Assembly (NCBI RefSeq): GCF_004010195.1
Contig: NC_057754.1
Span: forward strand, 11,997,609 to 12,031,609
DNA from: Chiloscyllium plagiosum
Lineage: Eukaryota
Direction of reading: 5' to 3'
Length of the DNA stretch: 34,001 nt
In this document: in pieces, positions 1 through 9,177 of the stretch
How positions within the stretch are numbered: position 1 is the first letter of the stretch
Layout: every line of letters begins with the position of its first letter
Made by a program: the position numbers and the translations under genes
Notes under the pieces: model-generated
Told to the model about the DNA's origin: nothing
Databases searched by the model: none
Seen by the model: only the letters and a program-made list of their open reading frames with translations

Positions 1-298
1 TTCAGGTCTCAGATCCATTTTTCAGCGCTCACCCCATTTCCATCTAACTTAGCTTTAAAACATTTGCTGACGTAGCGTCAAATTCTTCACTAGGCAAGGA
101 ATTCCATAGATTAACAACCTTCTGGGTGAAGATATTCCTTCTCAATTCAGTCCTAAATCTGGTCCCTCTCATGTTGAGGTGATGCCCTCTTCACTTAGTT
201 TCAACTGCCAGTGGAAACATCCTCTCCCCTTTTATCTTATCTATTCCCTTCATAATTACATATGTTCATATACCATCCCCTCTCAGTCTTCTGAAATG
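1..298 (-). mobile_element. CR1 LINE 3' ORF2 fragment
   Basis: Antisense of a typical CR1 ORF2 C-terminal region (ggaattccatagattaacaaccttctgggtgaag; gatgccctct...gttt). Confidence 0.65.
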
Positions 299-304
299 TA
301 ACGT

Positions 305-1411
305 ATCACAGAACGTTGTGGAAAGTCAGGGAAGAAATTATGAGACCTTTTGCAGAAATATTTGCATCATCAATAACTACTTTTGAAATGGCTGATGATT
401 GCAGCCTGACAAACGTTGTGCCTTTGTTAAATAATGATTGTAAGGAGAAACCAGTGATCTATAGATCAGTGAGTCTCACTTCTGTTGTGGCTAAATTGTT
501 GGAGTAGTTTTAAAAGATAGGATTTGTGGACATTTACAGGGCAAAAATTATGAGGGATAGTCAGCATGGTTTATCGTGGAAAATCGTATCTCACAAATTT
601 ATTGGGATTCTGAGGAAGTTAAGTAAGATAATACCAGAACAATAGACATTGTTTACTTGGACTTCAGTGAACTTTCGCAAGGTTGTACACAGTGGACGAA
701 TTAGTAAAGTTAGATCAAATGGATTTCAAATTCAGCTTGGCAATTGGATACACAATTGGCCTCACGATATGACAGGGAGTAATGGTAGAGGGTTGGCTCT
801 AGGACTGAAGGCCAGTGACAAGCGGTATTCTAGAGGGATCAGTTCTGGGTCCTATTTTGTTGTCTTTTATAGAAATGATTTCAATAGTTAGTAGGTTTGC
901 AGACGATGCAAAAATTGGTGGCCCAGTAGACAATGAAGAAGGTATTCTAAGATTGCAAAAAGGTTTTGGTCAAATAGGCCAATGAGATGGAAATTGTCAG
1001 ATAGAGTTCAATCTGCATAAAAGTGAGGTATTTATTTTGGTGCAATAAACGAGTGTAATGCTTATGGAAATAATGATGAGGCATTGGATAGTGTTGCAGA
1101 ACAGAAGGACCTGGGGTATAGGTACATAATTCTTTGAAGTCTGAGTCGTTTATAGAAAGGGTTGATAAAAAGGCATTTGGTACACTTCCTTTTGAGTGGA
1201 AGAGTCAGGTAACCATGTTGAGATTGTACAGGACACGAGTGAAGTCTTTTCTGCAAAGTTGTCCAGTTCTGACCGCCCAATTATAGGAAGAATTTTATCA
1301 ACCTGAAGTGAGTTCAGAAGAGATTAACCATGATATTGCCGGTTCTGGAAGGTTTGAGTTAAAAAGAAAAGCGAGTACGCAAGGGTGTTTTTACTGGCGT
1401 GAGAAGGTTGA
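305..1411 (+). mobile_element. Decayed CR1 LINE RT fragment
   Basis: Translates with stops and frameshifts to 'LWKVREEI..FAEIFASS', 'YRSVSLTSVVAKLLE', 'SQHG' and 'SRFADDAKIGG'. Confidence 0.85.
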
Positions 1412-1505
1412 GAGTCGAGAGTGTGATGATGGAAAAGCACACAGGTAAGGCAGCATCTGAGGAGAAGGAAAGTCGACATTTCGGGCAAAAGCCCTTCATG
1501 AGGAA
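1412..1505 (-). mobile_element. Penelope-like element terminal (pLTR) fragment
   Basis: Similar to 13049-13138 (gtg.tg.tggaaa.gcac...gcatc.gaggagaaggaaa...ttcgggcaaaa..c.ttcat.agg) and carries a hammerhead-like motif on the minus strand. Confidence 0.7.
1472..1505 (-). ncRNA. Degenerate minimal hammerhead ribozyme
   Basis: Minus strand reads uuc-CUCAUGA-A-GGGC-UUUU-GCCC-GAAA-U-GUC-ga. Stem II is perfect, the GAAA box and GUC triplet are present, and the CUGAUGA box is mutated to CUCAUGA. Confidence 0.7.
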
Positions 1506-1999
1506 CATCTTGGAGGAGGAGTTGTGGAATAATTACTCCACGTTCGACAAAAAGTTTCCAAGAGATGCAGAAAGTCCTTCACGAAATTAAACTTTAATCT
1601 TGCAAAATCAAAGCTGTGGCAGACAGAAAATGCCCTCCCTGAGTTCCAACTAGTGTTTGTCCCTCTGCAGTTTGTGCAGTTTTGTTCCCGTGCTTACCGG
1701 ATAACATTAGTATTAACAATCATGCTGGCTTGCTTTATCTCTCTAAATTAGTCATCGTCTGCTTCACTAGTTCCTAAGTTACACTTAAGCTATCACAGCA
1801 CATGACGATTATCTGTTAATGGAGCCCTGTGTTATGATCCCGGGCATACATTACAACGCTAAGTTAACTACATAACTGCCAGAATAACTTCCAAATATTC
1901 CCGCCTTTGAAACCAACAGGTCACACACAGAGAAAGAAGGCAAGGAGGCAGGACGCACAAAGACTAAATCGAATGACAGAGAATCAACGCCAGTACGAA

Positions 2000-2440
2000 T
2001 CGATGGGCGTCGAAGCCAGATCCCTTTGTTCCTCCACACTGCTCGAAAACGGCCTTTAACAATGTGTTCTGCATTCAAATTAGGTCTACGAAAAGAAACC
2101 TTTCCAGTTTGAGCTCCATCTGCCGCTTATCAGACCAGTTCTGCTTCGAGTCAATACTGAGTTGCAACCTACAACAGCCTCCCACGCTCTGCACCACTCC
2201 ACCAACCTCGTTTGATCGGCGTACTTATGAACCCACCCACTTCCTCATCGAAATCATTTATAAAAATCACAAAGAGCTGAGGTTCCATAACCGATTCCTG
2301 CGGATATACTACTGATCACCGAGCTCCAAGCTGAATATTTCCCATCGACTACCACCCGTTGTCTTTCAAGCGCCAGCCAATTCTGTATCCAAACTGCTAG
2401 ATTTCCCTATGCCCCATGCACCCTTACTTCTTCAACAACG
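2000..2440 (-). mobile_element. Old CR1 RT fragment
   Basis: Antisense of the CR1 RT core: WIQNWL...RQRVVVDG (ccatcgactaccacccgttgtc; ccagccaattctgtatcca) and the FINDF region. Confidence 0.75.
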
Positions 2441-2486
2441 GAACCACTTTAGTTATCCTGGACTTCAAAAATGTTCAATAGAGCAG

Positions 2487-2775
2487 TAGATTGGATTAGA
2501 TTTCCTACAGTGGGGAAACAGGCTCTTCGGCCCAACAAGTCCACACCGACACTCCGAACAGCAACCCATCTAGACCCATTCCCGTACATTCACCCCTGAT
2601 GAATGCACCTAACACTACGGGCAATTTAGCATGGCTAATTCACCTAACCTGCACATTTTTGGACTGTGGGAGGGAACCCATTCAGACTTGGGGTGAATGT
2701 ACAAACTCAACACAGACAGTTGCCTGACGTGAGAATTGAACCTGGGCCCCTGGCGCTGTGAGGCAGCAGTGATAA
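2487..2775 (-). mobile_element. HE1 (V-SINE) tRNA-derived SINE
   Basis: V-SINE core (gggcaatttagcatggctaattcacctaacctgcacat), tRNA-like head (gaattgaacctggg...ctgtgaggcagcagt) and a gatta-type tail. Confidence 0.85.
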
Positions 2776-2859
2776 CAACAAACAGATATCATTGCCAGTG
2801 CCCCAGAAGCCTCCATCCTTGCCTCCTATTGCAGCTCTGAATAGTTGATCAGTTTTGAT

Positions 2860-3120
2860 CACGTGAAATCCAAGGAGTATGATCCATTTGAATAAAAGCG
2901 GAATTGAAATAAGGAGACAGGGAGTAGTGGTTCATGGGTGCTTTGTGGACTGAAGGCCCATAATCAGATTTGTCCGACAAGGATTAATGCTGGATCCACT
3001 GTTTTTGTCATTACAGAAATGGGTTGGATGTGTCTACAGGACGTATCGTTCGTAATCTTAAAGATGACACCAAAATTGATGGAGTAGTAAATAGTGAAGC
3101 AAGTCATTTCAGAGTACCTT
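2860..3120 (+). mobile_element. CR1 RT fragment
   Basis: Remnant 'RQGVVVHGCFVD*RP', 'LDPLFLS' and 'DDTKIDGVVNSE'. Confidence 0.7.
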
Positions 3121-3132
3121 GGAGTGGCAGAT

Positions 3133-3462
3133 GATTAGATTACTTTAGATTAGATTAGATTACTTACAGTGTGGAAACAGGCCCTTCGGCCCAACAAGTC
3201 CACACCGACCCGCCGAAGCGCAACCCACCCATACCCCTACGTTTACCCCATATCTAACACTACGGGCAATTTAGCATGGCCAATTCACCTAACCTGCACA
3301 TCTTTGGACAGTGGGAGGAAACCGGAGCACCCAGAGGAAACTCCCCGCAGACACGGGGAGAACGTGCAAACTCCACACAGTCAGTCGCCTGAGGCAGGAA
3401 TTGAACCCGGGTCTCTGGCGCTGTGAGGCAGCAGTGCTAACCACCGTGCCACCGTGCCGCCC
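3133..3462 (-). mobile_element. HE1 (V-SINE), near full length and young
   Basis: Reverse complement starts gggcggcacggtggcacggtggttagcactgctgcctcacagcgcc, with a B box (ggttcaattcc), the V-domain and a (tctaa)n tail. Confidence 0.95.
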
Positions 3463-3819
3463 CTGATGTTATAACAGATGTTATGAAGATACGGGTGCAT
3501 CTTTCAGAGGCCTTGGCAAGTACACTGAGTGCTGGAGTGATTCAGAACAAGCAAATTACGCTGAGCTACTGTGAGACAAAAACACAAATCCGAATTCAGC
3601 GAATCAGTTTAAGTTATACTGCGAAATATATCAAACTCCAATCCAATTTGCATTGAATATATTGACAATCTGAAAACCAATGACACAATTCGATGCTTTG
3701 GGGAGAAAATGAACAGTTGAGAGGAAATCTGCCATGCCCTACATGTAAAGTGACTGCTTGAAAAGTAGCTCCCTGAAAAGCATACTGAAAAGGGAGAAAA
3801 AAATTGGAGGGTTTGCAAT

Positions 3820-4660
3820 GCAGGCACTGGTAGCACAAAATGTGGGGTAAGTACACATTGTGAAAGCGCAGAAACAATATGTTGGCGAGGGCAAATAATT
3901 GAAGTTGGTGTGAAAGCAAAATCTGAGGGTGTAGAGCAAGTAAAATTTGGAAAGGTGCAAAATTTCGGGGCATGAGAATAAGGGAACAAAATATGTATAG
4001 AATATTTGATGTGGGGGCACAAAATTTTGGTGCTGCATAATTGCAGCAGATGCAACATTTGGGGAGGTGCATCATTTGCAGAGGTCCCGCAAAGCATAGG
4101 GTGCAAATACAGGGGCATAGCACAGGGAGGATTTTGACATCAGGGAGGGATGCATAATATGGTGGGTCGGCTGCAAATGGGAGTGCAGCATTGTGGTCAG
4201 TAGTTGAGGGTGTAAAATTTGGGGAGAGCACAAAACCTGGGGATGCACCATGTTTGGGAAATCTACCAGGATTTTCGGGGGGGGGGGGGGAAATAAAATA
4301 CTGGGTATTGCACAATGCGGAGATTATGAATGTGAGTGTGAAAAATCAGAATTTTTGAGCGTCAATCATTGGCAGAGACGCATACATGGGGGAGGTGCAT
4401 GATTTGAGGGGAATTCACAACTGGAAGGATACAACATTGTGGGAGGCTACAGAATTGGCGGATTGCAAAATTCGAGATGACCGCTCAAACCAAGGGGAGG
4501 GGACCAAAAGAGACTAATGTTCGGAGTTTCGAAAAGCATGGAGTCCAAGATATGTGAAAGAGTGCAATACTGGGGATGTCCAACTTTGGTAGTTACACAA
4601 AACATGGTGGGTCGGACGAATGCAAACCCCGCAGATGTCTGCAGAGACACAGAGTGGGGA
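3820..4660. repeat. Highly degenerate minisatellite, unit about GTGCAAAATTTGGGGA(G)
   Basis: Recurring variants: gtgcaaaatttcgggg (3956), tgcaacatttggggag (4051), gtgtaaaatttgggga (4210) and gtgcatgatttgagggg (4395). A G14 run sits at 4277-4290. Confidence 0.6.
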
Positions 4661-4828
4661 CGATAGTAACAAAGGTCGAAAATAAGGGGAACATTTTTTA
4701 AAAGAGACAAAAATGACAGGGGATAAAGAGAACAAGAAAAACAGCATAGGCAGAAGGTAAGAGTCCAAAATACAAAAGAAAGGGACAGCAAAAGAGACAA
4801 CATAAGAGAGGGAATAGAAGAGAGGTAG

Positions 4829-4866
<38 letters not shown>
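4829..4866. repeat. (AGAT)9 microsatellite in a purine-rich tract
   Basis: Direct read. Confidence 0.97.
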
Positions 4867-4867
<1 letters not shown>

Positions 4868-5499
4868 AGAACACGAGAGAGAGATAAAGAGAGAGGCAGA
4901 GAAAGACAGAGATAATTGTAAAGCCAGACTAAATGGAAATAAACCGTTCCCTCTCTGCCCGCCCCGGGGCAGCCGGTCTGTGCACCAACAGTATGACTGC
5001 TGCTGCCTTTGTGGGGTAAGTCTCCAAATTTTTTTATACGTTCCATCTCTGCCCTGGACAGGCAACGTTGGAGAGATTATTTGGGGAAGGGATGTTTAGG
5101 GTTATCCCCTATGTAGAACTCCAGGGAAAGTGTGGGGGAAACGAGAGAGGGCGGGAGGTCAGTCATTTGGAGAACTGTCCAAGACTGCTCTCGGCAGCAT
5201 TTCAGTGAGGCACGTTCATTTTTAATCATTGTACCTCTAAACAGGATCAGGATTGAAACAGCTATTTGACATAATGTTTCTATCGGGACCTTGAGATGTC
5301 CTTCGGATAATCGAAAATTCAGACAATTGATATTCAATAATCGATGTTCTTCTGTACTCCATTCTGTTTAGGCCTTTCATGTGCCATTTTCCTGCAGGTA
5401 GGATTAAAATATTTTTGTTCTTGGTCAGTTTTTATCGGGCTTTCCTTTCCTATGTGCTAAGTGTGTTCCCTTCCTTTCTGCTGCTCGGTGCATCTACTG

Positions 5500-5980
5500 C
5501 AAATCGTTGATATGTATCAAGGGCGTGGCGGAAGTTATCGAGTGCAGGATCCTTGGTTTACTCAGCACGTTGAATCCCTTTGCTGAGGACTGATTGTTCA
5601 TCCTCAATGAGGCGAGGTCTGGGGGAATGGTGAAAATTCGGCATGTGAAATCGTTACGGCGTACATGGCTGCAGAAGTGGTCGCGATGGGTCAGAAATGA
5701 CGTCCTCGATCGTCGTGTGGATGGTAGCTGCACCATCCTCATGCCTAATGGCGGCTGTGCAGTTCCAGAGACTGGGGAGAGCTGCTGGAATGTTTTAGGA
5801 CTGCTGGTTATGGAGGTGGCTATATAAACTCTGTTGTACTTGCAGTGTTTCGTGTTTGAGATGGTGTAGAAATACTATTTGTTGAGTGCACAAATTATTT
5901 TTAGGATATACTACAGAAGAGGTCCTTTGCAGTTCTGAGAGAGGTGGTTCCTCAGTTGTAGCACAGCTGACTGTAGAGAT
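5500..5980 (-). mobile_element. Penelope-like element N-terminal segment, inverted
   Basis: Minus strand gives 'LQSAVLQLRNHLSQNCKGPLL' (with a frameshift) and 'CRIFTIPPDL..EDEQSVLSKG'. The latter also occurs in the plus-strand PLE at about 6397-6470. Confidence 0.7.
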
Positions 5981-7470
5981 CCGAACAGGCATGGACTCTA
6001 GACTACATTCAAAGCTGCACAGTTTGGATCCGAACAGGTATGGACTCCGTCCTATATTCAAACCAGCACAGTTTGATCTGAACAGGCAGCAACCAACTCA
6101 TACCACATGGATTCTGCTCTACATTCAAGCCAGAACAGTTTGGATCCTAACAGGACAACCAGTACAGACGACAAATTCAGCCGTTGTTGCCATCATATCC
6201 GCCCGCACCAACGCCACTCACCTGCATACAGCTGACACGCACCCCATGGATCCCACTGTCCCCATCCCCACCCCACCCCCAGAACCCGGAGGGGAACATC
6301 ATTCCTGCTAATGACTTCACCCCATTCCCCCTACCACCACTCCCACTCCAGTTGCAAGCTGCGCCCCACTCCCAGGTCCACACCGAGCTCCCAGTCCTGC
6401 CGAATTTTCACCCAGAACTCCCCCTCACTGAGTTCGAACGATCAGCAAAGGCCTTAGCTTCAGTCCCTTCTTTCCACGGATCAGCAAATTCAATACACGT
6501 CGTGACGTCGAACACTTCTGCCGCCTCTGCCTCTGAGCTTACTTTTTCAATCAGGACTCCCGCCCAACTTCCAAGGAGCCCTTCACTCACCTGCAACGGA
6601 CCCCGTCCACCTGGACGCCCGCTATTACCCACCCTCGATCTCTTCATTTCCAACTGGTGCCGAGACATTAACTGCCTTAACCTGGCTCCCCCCTCCCCCA
6701 CTCCAACCTCACACACTCAAAACACAAAGCCCTTCAATCCCTCTGCTCCGATCCCAAACTCATCATCAAACCAGCGGACAAAAGGGGTGCAGTGATAGTT
6801 TGGCACACTGACCTCTACACCACTGCGGCCAAGCGCCAACTCGAACACACCTCCTCCTACTGCTCTCTCGACCATGACCTCACCCCCCCAATCACCAAAC
6901 CATCATCTCCCAGATCATACACAACCTCATCACCTCAAGAGATCTCCCACTCGCAGCTTCCAACCACATAGTTTGGGAACACCGTGCCGCCTGATTCGAC
7001 CTCCTTCCCAAGATCCACAAACCTCACCACCCCGGCTAACCCATTGTCTCAGTCTGGTCCTGCCCCAGCTAACTTATCTCCACCTACCTTGATACTGTCC
7101 TATCTCCCCTAGTCCAGGAACTCCCCACACACACTCGAGACATCACCCATGCCCCCCACCTCCTCCAAGACTTCCGTTTCCTCTGCCCCCACGCCACATC
7201 TTCACCATGGACATCCAATCCCTCTACATCTCCATCCGCCATGACCAAGGCTCCCAAACGCTCCGTTTCTTCCTCTCCCACCAGTACCTTCCACTGACAC
7301 TTTCATTCGTTTGGCTGAAATGGTCTTCACTCTTCACACTTCCTCCTTCGAATCCTCCCACTTCCTCCAGATGAAAGGGGTAGCCATGATCACCTGCACG
7401 GACCCCAGCTATGCCTGTCTCTTTGTTGGCTACGTAAAACAGTCCGTAGTTACCCAGCACCACTCCTGTG
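5980..7470 (+). mobile_element. Penelope-like retroelement ORF remnant (N-terminus plus RT; GIY-YIG end missing)
   Basis: PLE RT motifs 'LIIKPADKRGAVIVW..DLY' (~6760), 'FTMDIQSLYISI' (~7201) and 'FLQMKGVAM...PSYACLFVGYV' (~7362), with frameshifts. Confidence 0.88.
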
Positions 7471-7479
7471 GAGGCCTGT

Positions 7480-7800
7480 GTTCTATGAAGGTTTAGAAAA
7501 TGATGGGAGATCGCAGTGAAATATGTAAAGCCTTGATAGGGCGAGACAGAGTGGAAGCAGGGATGATAATTCCCCTGGCTGGGACAGCTAAAACAAGAGG
7601 CCACAGTACTTGGCACAGGAGGCCACTCTGTATTGAGAGGAGAATGAATGTCTACATTCAGAGAATGGTAAAGCTGGGGAATTCTCTTCCATATTAGCCT
7701 GTAAAAGCTAAGACACTGAATAGAAATAAGGATTTCTAGACAGAAAGCAATGGGAAAAGAGCAAGAAAATGCTGTGGACACAGAGGATCAACCATACTAC
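7480..7800 (+). mobile_element. CR1 3' fragment
   Basis: 'RKMMGDRSEICKAL.G.DRVEAG...KTRGHS...QRMVKLGNSLP' matches the CR1 ORF2 C-terminus. Confidence 0.75.
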
Positions 7801-8161
7801 AGTAGTTCTCCCATAACTCAGTATTTGCGTTCCTGTGCAACACTGTCTCGTAAAACAAATAATGCAAGGTAACTGCAGGTTACATTCGAAGTAGCGAGAG
7901 GCGGGAGCCGGGTGGAGGTGACGTTGGTGCGAGGTGATTGTCGGGAAGGCCGGTAAGTATACTTAAACTTCTGACCTTCAGGCCAGCGAGGGAGAAGCGA
8001 GCAAAGGACTTCAGGGAAGGGTAAATGGAACACTTTATAATTGCGTGGTTGCGTTACCCGAGACAGTACTCTGGTAGTTTCCCACCCATCCTCCTCCTCT
8101 AACCTAAAGTTTACCTCCTATTTTTTTTTAAATAGTCACTTTGGGAGTTAGAATAGTGGGA

Positions 8162-9074
8162 ATGTAGTTTAGGGCAGTGGAATGTTCCTCCTGCAGAATG
8201 TGGGAAGTAATGGTCACCACGAGAGTCCCTGCTGACTACATCTATGGGAAGTGCACCCAAAATCAGCTCCTTGAAACCCGGATTAGGGAACTGAAGCTGG
8301 AGTTGGATGAACTTCGGATCATTCGGGAGGCAGAGAGGGTTATTGACAGGACTAACAGAGAGGTAGACACTCCCCAGATAAAAGAAAAGGACAGATGGGT
8401 GGCAGTTAGGGGACAGAAAGGGAACCAGCAGGCAGTGCAGGGATCCCCTGTTGCCGTTCCCCTCAACAATAAGTATACCGTTTTGGATACTGTTGGGGGG
8501 GGAATGACTTACCAGGGGAAAGCAATGGGGCACATGCTGCTCAGAAGGGAAAGGAGAAGAGGAGCAGAGCAGTAGTCATTGGGGATTCGATAGTTTAGGG
8601 GGACAGATTGGAGGTTCTGTGGGGACGAGAGAGACTCACGGTTGGTGTGTTCCCTCCCAGGTGCCAGGGTCCATGATGTCTCTGATCGTGTTTTCGGGAT
8701 CCTTCGGGGGGAGGGAGAGCAGCCGCAAGTCGTGGTCCACATTGGTACCAACGACATAGGTTGGAAGAGAGATGGGGACTTGAGGCAGAAATTCAGGGAG
8801 CTAGGATGGAAGCCTATGACTAGGACAAACAGTTGTTTTCTCTGGTTTGCTGCCCGTGCGATGTTCTAATGAGGTGAGGAATCGGGAGAGAAAGAAGTTG
8901 AACACGTGGCTACAGGGATGGTGCAGGAGGGAGGGTTTAGGGTTTTTGGATAATTGGAGATCTTTCTGGGGTAGGTGGGACCTCTACAAGCAGAATGGTC
9001 TTCACCTAAACCAGAAGGGTACCAATATCCTGGGTGGGAAATTCACTAAAGCTATTAAGGTGGATATAAACTAA
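8162..9074 (+). pseudogene. CR1 ORF1 (Zn-finger/coiled coil plus SGNH esterase), disrupted
   Basis: 'CSSCRMW...KC..QLLE.RIRELKLELDEL', 'VVIGDSIV', 'LPGARV', 'VHIGTND' and 'NGLHLN', with frameshifts. Confidence 0.88.
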
Positions 9075-9177
9075 TACAGCAGGGGGATGGGAACCAAAAT
9101 TGTAGGACAGGTGCAGAAGAGGATTAGAGTAGAGAGTTCCAAAATCAATTATCTGACACTGGCAAGCGAGAACCTGG

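Noticed and set aside
2594..2612. CTGATGA as a third hammerhead
   Set aside because: It lies inside an HE1 SINE and has no stem II or GAAA box.
3380..3462. tRNA gene (A/B boxes)
   Set aside because: It is the tRNA-derived head of an HE1 SINE, and the same applies to the other copies.
3609..5065. Long minus-strand ORFs (99-233 aa)
   Set aside because: They overlap in several frames, have no domain motifs, and arise from the minisatellite and (AGAT)n bias.
5886..6795. Pro-rich ORFs as host proteins
   Set aside because: Frameshifted readings of the C-rich Penelope ORF.
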